From Mesotaenium endlicherianum (lineage: Eukaryota), in the NCBI GenBank assembly GCA_009602735.1, contig WELA01002258.1, positions 78,746 to 142,745 on the forward strand: 64,000 nucleotides of DNA, in the 5' to 3' direction. Below the pieces are notes generated by a model, which was not told the DNA's origin, ran no database searches, and saw nothing but the letters and a program-made list of their open reading frames with translations. This document shows positions 1 to 13,400 of this stretch, in pieces; positions within the stretch are counted from its first letter, which is position 1, and each line of letters opens with the position of its first letter. The position numbers and the translations under genes were made by a program.

Positions 1-782
1 GGGGGGGGGAGACTATTACGGGGCACAACTCTTTCAGTAAAGCAGGCAGGCCCCCCTGCAGACACAGCAGGGGACGCCTGCAGCCTCTCTTGCTACGCCG
101 AGGGAGCTTTGTGCCTGATGTGCTGGAAGGAAGGAAGGCAGACTGCTGCCGGATCCTGTAGCAGAGAAGAAGTAAGAGGACATTGCATTTGAGCATAGTG
201 AAGCCACGCATGTTTGGCTCTGCATGCCCTGCCCCAAATTGCATGGCTGAATGGAACTGGGGCTGGAGGTGACTGGTGTCGTGCTCTGGTGGGATCACCT
301 GTCTCGCAGCTGTGCACTGTCCTGGACCGGGGCTGGGGCCAGCGCCTGGGGCTCACATGCGGCATGCTGTTGGATACCTGTCTTCCTGGGCAGCCTGGTG
401 CTCCTGGCCTGCCCTGAGGCGAGCAGGCAGGAGTGACTCTGATAATGAGCGGTTGCTTTTCTGTGGTGCTTGGACGTGCAGTCCACCGGCGGGGCCGACA
501 GCCGTGCGGTACGTGTGCGACGCGCTGCGCTGGGTCTTCTGCTCCAAGGAGTTCCAGGTGGCGCAGGTGCTGTGCCGCGGCTTTGACTGGTGAGTGCTGC
601 GCTGCCCTGCTCTCTCTCTCCCCCCCCCCCTCTCTCTCTCTCTCTAGCGCGCTCAGGGCATGTGGTTAGGCCTACTTCAGGGAGCACTGTCAGGTCCACT
701 TGTGGCGTTACTTCCAACAGTGCTGGCAGCAATAGTTTGACGCCTGAATTCTCCCTCGCCCTCTGCTTTTGGCCGGCAACAG

Positions 783-3700
783 CTGGCGTACCTGAAGCTG
801 AGGCGGCTGGAGACGAGCGACGAGGACGACGACGCCGGGAGCTCCCTCAATTCCGACGAATCCCACTGCGGTGCCGAGGCCGGGGACGACAAGAAGGCTA
901 AGAAGCTCAGCTTTGTGGGTTGGCTCAAGGCCAAGGTGAGAGCGCGCCACCTGTCCCTTCCCCTGAGAATGACTCGCGTGAGCAAGCAAGAGTGCACGGG
1001 CCCACTTGGCCACGCTCTCACCCGACCACTGTCGCTCGTAAAAGCCTTGACGTGCCTGTGGAGCAGCCTGCATGGCCACTCATGAACTATTCATGACTCG
1101 TAAGTGAGCGTGCATCAGGGTGTTCCCTGCATGCCCAAACGAGTTTGCCTGTTGCGAATTAGCAGCATGAGCACTCCTAATCTCGTGACTGCACGTGCTC
1201 GTGCATGCATCGTGGTGTATCCTGCAGGCGCAAATGAGCCCGCAGAAGGGCAACAGCACGCCCAAGCCCAGTGCCGTGTCGGACTCGTCCGCCGCTCAGG
1301 CCAGCCCCCCGCATGGCCCAGGCCCCGGCCCCGGCCCAGGGGAGCTCCCGGGCTTTGCCTCGCCGGACTCGGTCAACACCGGTGCCAGCGGCCAACTGCC
1401 GTCGACGGTGCGCCGGAAGCTGCTGGGCGAGAGCGCAAGCAGCGGGCGCAGCATGTCAATGAGCAGCGTCACGGTGGCGCTGCAGCAGGCCAGCCAGGCG
1501 GGCGAGCTCTTCAGCGTCAAGAACAAGCGCCACTCGCTTGTGCGTCTCCCTGCCCTCCCCCCCTCCCCCTCCTCTCTCTCTCGCTCTCAGGTTGTCTGCT
1601 TCTTGTGCTGTGTGGCATGTGTTGGTGGCTCATGCTAACTTGAGTGCATCCATATCGAGGAGGGGCACTACTTGCAGCGAGGAGGTTAGAGTAAAGACTT
1701 TATTTTAAGCAATAGCAGCTAGCATCTGAGCATTGAAAAGGGCGGCCCTCTGTCTGTCAGCCTGCACCCTGGTATGCGCACTCACAATTGTAAGCTTAGG
1801 AAATTTGAGCACCTGCTTCATAACGTACGCAGGCACGCACGCAGGCAGGCAGTTTTGCAGGCCTTTGCTGCCACTGTGGGAATGCTAGCGCTGCTGCATG
1901 GAACAATGATGGGCAGCCCCATGGCACATCGCAAATGCCAGCTGTCGTGCATGTCCTTGGGGAAAACACTGTAGATGCCATCACCACCACCACCACCACC
2001 ACCACCAGCCGCAGCAGCAGCAGCAGTACCAGCACCAGCTATTCTTTGAAAGTGGGAGGACCGCGGTTTTGGGGGCGTGCAGGGGCCCATGGAGCTGGTG
2101 TCGGAGCGAGTGGCAGACCAGATCGAGCTGCTCAAGGAGCAGGTGGGCATCCTGCAATCGGAGCTGCACCTGCGCAGCAGCGCCCTCAAGCGCCTGCAGG
2201 ACCAGCCGCAGCCGCACTCCCCCGAGCACGAGCAGGAGATCCTGGTGCGCCCCCCCCCCTCCCCCCCCCCTCTTCCCTTCCTCTTCCAGGTGACAAGGCA
2301 CGGTTGCGCTGCATGATGGCCATAATGATGATGATGATGGTGCGTGGAGTTTGTGGACCCTCACTGGCCCCCCTGCCTTTCACCTCTTTCCCCTTTGGAC
2401 TTCTTGTGTATAACAGCATGATGATGTTGATGATGCTGGACGGAGTCTATGGACTTCCTGGTCCCGCTAGGAAGCATACGCGTGTGATGTGTTTGGGGTT
2501 GTGTTTAGGAGAGATCCGTGTCCGCGCTGGATCAGATTTATGCTGCCCCCCCTGTGGGCTGTCCTGTCCTGCTCACGCTGGACACCTAGGAGAATGCTAG
2601 GGCACAACGTGAAGGCCGCTGACGGGGAGCTGAGTCTGCGACGTGTGTATGTGTGCATGTGAGAGAGGGAGAGCAGAAGGTGAAGGAGGATATGAAGGAG
2701 AAGAGGCGGCAGCTCAAGTCCATGGAGAACAAGATCGAAGCCATGAGCGTGCTGCAGCCCCCGGGCGACCGCGAGGGCATGACCAAGGTCACCTATCTCC
2801 CTCCCCTCCTCCTCCTCCTCCTCCTTTTTCCTCCCCCCCTGTTCCTCTTTCTGTCGGCCATCCTCCTGGTTTCAGCAGGGAGTGCCAGCGGGGGGAGATA
2901 TACTCCCACCTGTAGCACATTGTCTGCGGGTTCTGACAAGATAGGGAGGCTCACTCACTCACTTACTCTATGTCTCTGTTTGTCTCTGCCTATCTGTCTG
3001 GGGGGGCGTGTTCTCATCGTGTACGACTTGCGCCTGTTGCAGATGGTGGCCAAGCTCAAGTCAACACTCAGTGAGAAGACATTTGACATGGAGGTGCGCA
3101 CGACTCTCTCATTCTCTCACTTTCTTTGTGGGGGAGGGTGGGCCATCGTGACCCTTGTGTGTATATATATGTATATGTACACATGTATAGATATTTGTAC
3201 ATATGTATTATATATATGCATGCACATAGCAGCCCCTGCAGCTACTGCCACAGAGTGTCTCGTTCACATTAGCTCGTGAATGATACAATCCTCTTTCTTT
3301 CTGCCCACCCTCCCTTTGGCGGTACCTGACGGCCGCGTGTCATGCCATGAGGGATGGTGGCAGATCATAAAGGCGGACAATAACATCCTCCAGGACTCCC
3401 TGCAGGCCAAGGTGAGTCAGCCGCCAACCATCCAAGCTGCTGCTGCTGCTGCTGCTGCTCGTAGGTGGCATCCTCTGGAGTGGCCTTGCGTAAATGCACA
3501 TGGCACTAGGAAAGCCGAATTTGGCTTCTCAGTTTTTGCTTCCTGCCTTCTGAGCCTGCCCGTTGTGTTCTGTATTGTCTTCTTTGCTTCTATCAAAAAT
3601 CGAGGAAGATGAAATTTTATGAAATCCATTCAACAAGGCTTCTTACCCTAAATCCTCGTACTGCGACATTAACTTTTGCTGACATCACTATTTTTTTACT

Positions 3701-6700
3701 CTTTTATTCATAAAATTTCGAGATTATTAAAAGTTTAAATTTGATTTCATAATTTTTTCTTTTTTTTTGTTCTCAGTATCCTGCTTATTGTGGTCCCCGC
3801 CGCGTCTGGCGCCGCTCCGGCTGAGTTTTGCGGGCTCCTCTGCACGTGGATGGTGTGTGCGGGTTGCAGACGAAGCTGAACGAGAAGATGATGGAGGAGA
3901 TCAACCTGCTGCGCATTGAGCTCACGCGCGCCGTCCGCGGCGGCCCCCCCGCCCCCCACGCGCTCGCCAATGGGAATGGGAACGGGAATGGCATCATGGC
4001 AAACGGAACCGTAGGTGCGGAAGAGGAGGAGCGTGCGGGTGCCGCTGCTCCCCCTGCTGCCGCTGCTGCAGCAGCTGTTGACCACCAGGACCACCACCAC
4101 CATGACCAGCATGACCACCACGGCAGTGAAAGCGACTGTGCCAGTGGAGGGCAGCATGAGAAGGGCGGTGCCACTGTCGTCCCCAATGGCACAGGCACCG
4201 ACACTGGCACTGGCACTGGCACCGGAAACATCAACGGCCTTGGCAATGGCGTGGACCTGCTGGATTCCTCCGACTATGCCCTGGCCCAGGTACGGTTCTG
4301 GTGATGTGTTGCCGGACCTTTTCCCGGCACTCTCCTCTACCCCCAGCCCTCCGTTTCGAGGGAGAAAAATGGAAGTGGATCGATGCTTGCCGGTTGCAGT
4401 CGACTTGGACGTTGACATCGGCGTCGCTGTCATTTGCATGCATCTGGTGCCTTGTGCGTTCGTCGCCACGGCAGTCGCTGCTTTGGCAATGCTTTGCTGT
4501 TGCGCTTGTGTTCAAAGGCCAGGTCTCGTCGTTGAATGCCAGGGGCTGCAGGCACTAGCAATAAGCAGGCGTTGTGCTGCACTCTGCTCTACCCTGCTCT
4601 ACTCTGCGGTGCTCTGCCGGGTGCTGTCCCCACGCCCCCCATGCAGAGGGAGGTGGAAATTCACGGCTTGTTTTCAGTGTTGCAGGTGGCGGAGATAGAG
4701 GACCTGAAGACGAAGATGAAGGCGCTGCTGGACGAGCGCCACAGCATGGCGCAGCAGCACCACAGGCTGGCGCACGAGCTGGCGCAGGCACGGGCGGCGG
4801 CTGTCGTCAGCAATCCCGCACAGTCGTCCGACAGCGAGTATCTGCCCGTGGGCTATGTGGTAGCCTCAGAGCACGCGCTGCTCCTGGAGCGGCAGGTGGC
4901 AGCGCTGGAGACGATGCAGGCGGAGCTCAAGGATGCCCGGGCGAGGAACGAGAGGCTGGAGGCGGCTGCCCGAGAACGACGGGCAGACAACACTGCCACT
5001 GGTGCTTCCGCTGGCCCCAACACAGCAACAGTTGCAGGCACAGGCACGGGCACAGGCATGGGCACGGGGGAGAGTATGAGCGGGAGCGGAGCTGAAGAGG
5101 AGGAGAGGGAGAGGAAAGAGAGGGAGAGGGAGAGGGAAAAGGAGAAGGAGAGAGCGGAGGAGGACGCTGGCAGGAGGAGGAGGCTGGCGGAGGCAGAGCA
5201 GGCGCTGCACGCCAAGGACACGGAGGTGCGCGTACTGCTGCGCCAGGTGGAGGACGGGCGCGCGCGAGAGGCCGTGCTGGAGAACGACCTGGCCACCATG
5301 TGGGTGCTCATGGCAGAGGTGCGCCTGCAGGCAGGTGCTGATGGGGAAGTGGTGCCCTCCGCCTCCTCGGGCGCAGCGGCAGGAGCAGGTGCAGACAAGG
5401 GAGCGGGTGGCGGGGCTGTGATGGCCACGCTGAGGGAGCAGCTGGCGTGGGAGCAGGAGCGGCGCGCGCAGCTGCAGGCGGAAATTCGCACGCTCAAGGT
5501 GCGCGCCCGGCTTTCTTGCATCCAGCTTCCGTGTGCCTGCGCGGCTGCTCGAGGTTGCGCAGCACTCGCTGGGTGCTCGTACAAATTGTGTGTTGCTTTT
5601 CTTCCTCTTTTTCTTTGTCTACCTCTCTTTTTTGCCGTTCCCCCCCCGCCTCTCTCTCAGTCTTTGATGGGCCGGTGTAGGTAAGGTGCAGGCTATGGAA
5701 CAAGTCCAGTATCTGAATGTTTCAAGTCCTTGCAGAAGAGCCCAAAGAATAAAATGTGCTCTTTAGGATGTGTGTCAATCTGATCACATCTCTGGTTGTC
5801 TGCACGAAACCAAATAGTGAGCTCCTCGCTAGGCCATGGCTCAGGCGCAGCGCCGCGAGGACAGCCACGGCGGCACTGGTCTCCACGTACATCCATGCCT
5901 TCACAACCAGAGGCTCAGCTGGAGATGTTGAATGTGCTATATTGTGCTATGTGTGGGTGTGTGCTATATGTGTGTTTTTTGGCGACAGGGATATGATCTG
6001 GAGAAGGCATCAAGCGCTCAGCTGGCAAGTCTGACAAGCATGCATGAAGAGGCGCTGGCCAGAATGACTCTGGCTCAGGTGACTCAGCCTGGGCTCCTCC
6101 CTGCTTGTTGCGCTACCCTTGATTATTGATGGGCACTCCATTGCTGGAAGTTTACAATTGGTCGTTGCTTATCCCATGTGGTGCATTTATCATCATGGCT
6201 TTGCATGCGTGCTCTAAATGCCTCTCTTTGTTTACAAGCTGCAGAAAAAAGTTCTCAATCATTGCCTGACAAGTCTCCTGGCTGCCTTTTCGTCTGTCCT
6301 CAGGCCGAGGTCCGGAGTGAGTACAAGGGTGCGGGCAATGCAGAGCCTCACGAAAGCTTGCCAGGTGGAGGCCAGGGAGAAGGCAAGGAGGACGAGTACG
6401 AGCCGAGCGGCACTCTCTGCAAGAACTGCTTTGACGCTGACATCAGCGTGAAGCTGCTGCCCTGCAATCACACCTGCAGTGAGGACACGTGCCCTTGCCC
6501 CATCTCGCTTCCCACACTGGCAGAGCCTCCAGTATGCGCAAAACTGTGTCTTTCTCTTTCATCGAAGATGATAGACTTGATGCTTTTGTAGAAATATACG
6601 TTGGGCGTACCAGAGGAGAACCGGCTGCGTGTTCTGTCGCGCAGAAGTTGACCGGAGCAGCTGTTGTTTGCAATGCCTAGGACTGGTGCGTCCTCCTCTT

Positions 6701-6980
6701 GCTCAGCCAGCAAGGAGGAGACCTACAGAATCCGGTCGTTTTTGCTTTCGTTTTGCACGGATTTGACGCCTGGCTGGTGCAGTGTGAGCCTTTGAATGCA
6801 TCGTCATTTAGTATAAGGAGCTTTTAGGGGCCTGGAACACAGGGACTATATGAGGTTGTTTGATAAATGAGATATCAATGGGGAGTGTTGTGTGCAGTGT
6901 GTGATGCGTGCGCGGAGGCGGCAACCATATGTCCTATCTGCTACAGCTCCGTCAGTGGACGCGCTTCCAGTTCCACTTGA
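783..6980 (+). CDS. KIN7: Kinesin-7 (plant KIN7/MKRP-like) protein, 3' part: coiled-coil stalk plus C-terminal C3HC4 RING; the motor domain lies upstream of the window
   Basis: GT-AG exons with consistent phases: 783-935, 1228-1539, 2083-2244, 2677-2787, 3043-3093, 3364-3411, 3870-4289, 4686-5498, 5989-6078, 6304-6478, 6898-6980 (TGA). Motifs match plant KIN7 tails: LAYL...GWLKAK, DQIELLKEQV, LSEKTFDME-IIKADNNILQ, LENDLATMWVL. The spliced RING reads CKNCFDADISVKLLPCNHTCMCDACAEAATICPIC. Confidence 0.85.
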
Positions 6981-9900
6981 GGAGGAGCCATGTACATCAA
7001 CGAGATACACGTCTTTGCACGTGTCGTCGCCATCATGCATGTCCAAACACTTGCAGATCACTTTGCTGCACAAGGTTGCCAAAGGTCTCGATTGGGATAA
7101 ATTATCCTATTTAACGACCGCAAGGACCAAGGTGGTTCCCTCCTAGATTGATAATCTGATAGGTACCCTCAAATTTTGCAAATTACCTTCTGTTCTACAT
7201 GTTCCTTTCATAAGCTAGGCAGGTGTGGCGTAGCCGTCAACTGTGTAAAAGGTTCTTGATACGTTTCCAAAATTCCCCTAGTAAGGACCGTCACTGTGTT
7301 ACCATGGAACACAATAGCCACTAGATTTATGGCAGTAAGTTATAGTCGCAAATAGACATGCATTTATTGTGGCTGTAGTTTCCGTCAACAAAGTATGACA
7401 CAAGTGCCCTTGAATTACAAGCTTCTTCGTACAGCTTTAATTTGCAACCACGGTCACACCTTACAGTGTCTCCTCCCTAGATCTATAAGTTTGTGATGGA
7501 AGGAGCAATCAAGTGATGCAATTGATCGACACATCCTCGCATTATATAATGTGTGCAAGGTGGAGAAATTGGATACTATAAAGAAGAAGCCTAATTGTAT
7601 TGTATTTAAAACGTTGACATGCATTTTAACCAAGAAAGGGAGCAAGCAATCTCCCCCCCAGTTGACGAGATTGGTGTCAGCGGAATCTGTACTTAGTGTC
7701 AAGAATATGACGGAAGTTACAATAAATGCGCAAATGCCTGGTCCACAATGCTTCTCATGAAAAGAAAAGTACACGTGTATGTAAATAATCATGACTCAAC
7801 TAAAATTTGACTCATCGAATACTTCAAAAATCCTTCATGTGGGACCCCGAGCTTACTGAATATGTCATAAATCGTGTGCTCAATCACCCATATTTTTTAT
7901 TATTTTGTGTCAATAAGTCCCAACAAGACTTTGTCCATTACGATTGTCTTTGACGTCGACAACGCCTGACCTGTTGTTCTTCTCGATGCTCTTTTGGCTC
8001 ACACTCCTTGTGGGTTTGAATATGAGTAGGCAACAATAGCAAGCTGAATAGTGAACTCTCGATATGAGAAGCTGGCTGAAATAGTGAAAACCTCTTGCTT
8101 TACCAAAAAGTGAGTGTTTTGAACACTTACCTCTTGTTTTATTAAGAAAGTGTGTGCATTGAAGCTGTGAAAGATTATGTACTTGGAAGCATGTCTACTA
8201 TATTGGCAAACCAAACCAACACCCACGGTGATGCCCTACATTAGCTTTTCCTTGATTCTATTGATGCTACTAGCTTGTTTACACAAATAGAAATGAAGGC
8301 AAGCACAAATTATGTTTCATAAGTGCCCCCTTGTTATGAGGATAAGCTTCAATTAATACACATTATCTTGCAAGCCTTTCTGTCGTGCACCATCGGAGCT
8401 TGAGTGGCTGATCCAAGAGGAGGGCACAGCTCTATACAACTCAGTTGTAGAGTTTGGCAATTCGTGCATGTGAGATCTAGAGCCAATCGTGACCAACGAT
8501 GTTGGCATCAACCCTCATGCAGCTCTCAATATACAAAATAAAGGGGAGCCATCCAAGCATCTTTGGGCTATTAAGAAATATATTGCATGAAAATTTAGAC
8601 ATGTTTGTATTCAAAGCAAACCGGCAAATGACAACTTTGGAGGTATCTACTTGCGAGAAGTTCTCACAATCAATAGTGGATGAAGGGGGTTAAGGCCGAT
8701 GTGGTCTTTATGGACACCTTGGCTGAGCGACTGCAATTTGAAGGCGTCATCTTTTGGGATAGTATTGATACTTGGAGGAGAAATAAGATAGCAAGGGGTA
8801 CATGAAGTTGAAAGTGCTCCGCCAGTTGACTTTTTGGTGCTACATCCTGAAAATGTGCAGGTGGAACAATGACCAAGTTCAAGTCTTAGCGCCGGCTGGG
8901 TGAGGATTTCAAACGAATCCACTTTGAAAATCTGAATATAAAAGTCCAGCAGCGATTAAGACTTCAGCAAAGAGGATTGCTGGGACTGGTTGGAGCAAGT
9001 TTGGAAAAACAAAAGTTTTGAATCAGAAAGTCTTCCCTTATCGACGGTGTTCTAAGTGTTGAGAAGTTGTCAAAATATGGACAAAAACCTTAATGTTTGA
9101 CTTTTTGTTTTTAAAAGGTCAATAGCAATGGTCAATCGTGTGATTGGCCTGTAAGATCTGACCACAAATGAAGCACGTTGCCGATTGCATCAAGGTTCTC
9201 AAATGCGAAGCAAATAAATTATGATTTTGTCCGGTGGAGTTTTGGGCTTTATACTCGATATGTCAAATTTATGAACCCCACCAGTGCGTGGAGTGATTGA
9301 ACTCCACCCCTTGCCAGAATCTGCTAAATTAACTTATTCTAAGTTTTCAGCAACTTGAAGCTTTCATGTGTTTCCATGGGAAAGCCGGAGCATATACTCA
9401 TTACAAATTTTGTTGTCCTCAAGGAGTCTCATGGATTCCTTCGATAACTTTGCCTAATGAATCTTTTGAATGTGGGTAGAATAAAGCAATTGGATGGATT
9501 GAATCCGTAATTGAAAATCTCGGACGGGTCCCAGAGAACATCAATGGCAGGGGTCCCAGAGCAAGTCGTATGGAAACCCCATACGTTATTGCTTTGCGCC
9601 ATGGACCACTTTCAGGGTGTGGAACATAAATCGGGACGGCATCAACATATTATATATACCACGTTTGTATATGTATACCAATGTTACGTGCACTTACTTT
9701 TTGGTGGTACACAAAGTGAACCTTTTTTCCAATCGTACGCGGGAAAGGTGAACCTTCGAGGTACTCTTAGTGGTACGCGAAAAATATAAGAAAGGTTTGC
9801 TAGTAAGTGGTACGTAAAAATGAAGCCTCCAAGAAAAATTTTAGTTAGAACGCAAACTGTCACGTACAGAGGTACGGCATAGTAACATGCATGGTGAGCT

Positions 9901-10472
9901 TCAAGCTAGAGTTACGCCGAAGTGAACCTTTTAACTCCATGTTTTTTTCTTTTAACAATCAAATGCGAAGCACCACGTCACGGGTTCTGACGGCTTCAGC
10001 TGAAGTGGAGAATCGTTGTATTGTCAACCATTAGCTGCCGTCAGCAGTCTTCTGTATCAGTCTTCGCTGGTCTTCTTGCCATTGCCCACTGCTTCCTGCT
10101 GCTTCCTCCAGACCACCACATGTTGGCTACGCTTGAAGGGCGTGTGATCATTGATGACGTCCGAAGTTCAGAACCCTGGATACAGATGTTTGTGGATGTT
10201 TTGTGACGCCTTTTTCTATGCGTGTTTAAAATTGTCGAATCAGCTCTTGTCTGGGCTCCTGCCCGGCTCAACTGCAAGAAGTTGAGCTTCAGTCTCGTGC
10301 ACAAGAAGGCAATTAAGTCAGCATATGAAATCTAGTATCATCCATTCTTTACCCTCGGATGCGCATGCCGTGCATGCAGTAAGTATTTAGCAAGATTTCT
10401 GCATTTTACTAAGCAGCAATCGTGTTAAAGTGTACGTGTTGATCAGGAACCATATAATTTCACTCTTCTGTA

Positions 10473-13400
10473 ATGGCAGATAAATTTGATACTACATTGA
10501 CATCTTTGCTTAAGAAAGCAGCAGAGAAGCATGGAGATAATTCTGCGCTAATAGTAGCTGAAGGAGGACCATCCGTTACTCATGCTCAGCTGCAGGTTCG
10601 TGACTGATCACTACCTCGGAAATGACTTGTTACCTTTTTATCCATGAATATATGGTCTATAGGACGTTCGGGTCTTGATATAGACAGAGTCTTTAGCATT
10701 GAAGCTTTGAGTTCTTGCTGCGTCAAATGGGAATATTGGGACTGTCTCCACTTCGTGATGATTGTTGTGGGCAGAAATTTCCTGAGTTAAAGAATTGGTT
10801 TCATCGTATGTACTGAACGTATTTGGTCCGACACATGAGTCTGCTGATATTGTGAAAACATATTGGTTCGTGTGGAAGCGAGTAGTACAATTATTTCTGG
10901 TCAAAGACAGGGCGGACCTAAAGTTTCAACACTTCTTGTTATTTTTTTCGGTGTCAAGAAGCGCACCCAAAATTGTGGAAGTGTTCTTGCTACAGTGTCA
11001 CTGTGTCTATTGCTGTCTCCGTGTAATTTTGACTCATGCTCATTGACTACCAGCTCGTCCCCACAAACTGTGCAGCTCGTGGCTGACTAAGTGTGAGATA
11101 TTTGAAGGCCGGGCAAACTGTCATCAGCTCTGAGCTCAAGCGCAGCCAGGCATTAGTTGACAGCAGTTGCTCCTATGCTTCTTCCTGTAATTCGTTCTGG
11201 TTCTGAGCCAGCGCTACTGGGGCTTTAATTGATATAGCAGAGTTGGGTCCTCCTTTTCCTCTGCTTTCTTTTCGGGAGGCGCAGAACGCCACAGCCCCAG
11301 AAGTAGGCCATAATCACCCAATTCGACTAGAAACGTTGTTCTATGTGTCAATGCCTGTACCCTCAGATCCGTGTCACGTGTATCAAAACAAAAGGTTAAA
11401 TCTGTAGGAGGGGTAAGCAGATAGCTGCTGGAGCCATCTACAGCAGAAGGTTCAGGATGTTTGCAGTTTAGTTCAGGCTTATTTAGCGGGCCAGGCTGTC
11501 CATGGCAGTCAATGACCACCAAGAGGAGGTGGGTGGATGAATCAAACTTTGCATCATCATACTTCCCTCGCCCTGTAACCTCATAGAATAGTCTGCCTGA
11601 GGCCTGGGGCCTGGGGCCTGCCTCTCCCGCTCTGGCTACTCCTACTTCTTGGGAATGCATGGGGCAGGGGGCAGGGGGCAGGNNNNNNNNNNNNNNNNNN
11701 NNNNNNNNNNNNNNNNNNNNNNNNNNNNNNNNNNNNNNNNNNNNNNNNNNNNNNNNNNNNNNNNNNNNNNNNNNNNNNNNNNNNNNNNNNNNNNNNNNNN
11801 NNNNNNNNNNNNNNNNNNNNNNNNNNNNNNNNNNNNNNNNNNNNNNNNNNNNNNNNNNNNNNNNNNNNNNNNNNNNNNNNNNNNNNNNNNNNNNNNNNNN
11901 NNNNNNNNNNNNNNNNNNNNNNNNNNNNNNNNNNNNNNNNNNNNNNNNNNNNNNNNNNNNNNNNNNNNNNNNNNNNNNNNNNNNNNNNNNNNNNNNNNNN
12001 NNNNNNNNNNNNNNNNNNNNNNNNNNNNNNNNNNNNNNNNNNNNNNNNNNNNNNNNNNNNNNNNNNNNNNNNNNNNNNNNNNNNNNNNNNNNNNNNNNNN
12101 NNNNNNNNNNNNNNNNNNNNNNNNNNNNNNNNNNNNNNNNNNNNNNNNNNNNNNNNGGGCAGGGGGCAGGGGGCAGGGGGGCGGGCGGCCTTCAGACTGA
12201 AGATATGAAGAGCCTTTGGCATTGACTGCACAGCGCCTCGCAAGTTGAGACTCTAAGCCACGTGGTCATTCCTTCTTCCTTCTGAGGGGCAGGCTGCGAT
12301 CGATGCTGCAGCTGCCCAGATAAAGCGGGCAGGGGTGAAGCCGGGCGACCTCGTCTCGCTGGCCTTTCCCAACACGCTTGAGGTGGGCTCCATGCGGCTC
12401 ACCTGCTCTCCCTGGTCCTGGGGCTGGCTTCAAGCGGAACCAATTCAGGGGCTGTGTGTTATGGGCTTCCACCTTCTTCTTGGAAAGTGCACCTGCCCCT
12501 CGCATGGGACTGCAGAAAGCCCCTCTTTTCTGTGAGAGCGCCAAGTGTCACGAACTTTACAGCATGCATGCATGGGCATCACTCCTCCCTGGGCTTCTTG
12601 GCTGCTCTCTGCCTTCTCTGTCAAAAATTCGATATAGTGACACTAGATTGCTTGTGTTTGTAGTAAGGGTGCTGCTTGCCCCTGTTTCTCCAGGGACTCG
12701 CGTGTCTCAACCCGCTTAGCTTCCCTCCCCCCAACACTAATGTCCGCTTGTGTGTGTGTGTGTGCGTGTGTTGGGGGGGAGGGGAGGAACAGTTTGTGGT
12801 GCTGTTCTTAGGGGTGGTGAGGGCGCGGGCGGTGGCAGCCCCGCTGAACGCGGCCTACACGCAGGATGAGTTCAAGTTCTTCATGGAGGACGCGCACAGC
12901 AAGCTGCTGCTGGTGCCCGCAGCCTCCGGCAACCCGGCGGCGGAGCAGGCTGCGGCTGCTCTGGGGGTGCCCGTGGCCGGCGCTCTCGACTGGGCCGCCC
13001 AGGTGGGGGGCCCATCCACTCCCACTATGCCCGCGCATCCTAGTAGGCTACGCTGGGAGTGGTGTGTTTCGGGCTATTAGGGGCTGGGGCTGAAGCTGGG
13101 CCTGGGGCTGGGGCTGGGGAGTTGGAGTGCGGTGGTTCTGAGGAGTTGGGTGTGCACCGTATTGCTATGGCTCTGGAGACTGGGACCACCCCACCCCACC
13201 CCAGCCTCCTCCTCGGGTCTTCCTCACTCCCCTTTCCAGGTTGCTTCTTGGGGCGGAGAGAGGAAGAATCTCAAAGCACCCACACCTGTACATTATCGCC
13301 TGCAGGCGCTGCCACACACGTACCGACACCCACAGCTGGGAAGTGGGTTAAATATGACAGGTGTGCACAGGGTGTGACGCCTCTCCCTCCTCCTCCTCCT

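Noticed and set aside
276..593. Possible extra kinesin exon (482-508 or 482-589)
   Set aside because: Splice signals exist, but phase and homology could not be settled, so it was left out of the model.
6479..6591. ORF read-through after CNHTC as the kinesin C-terminus
   Set aside because: It does not complete the RING; the exon at 6898-6980 does.
7000..9900. AT-richer intergenic stretch with short ORFs, possibly decayed transposon
   Set aside because: No recognisable motif, termini or TSD.
11581..12243. Long ORFs spanning N runs (also 53665-54588)
   Set aside because: Artefacts of assembly gaps.
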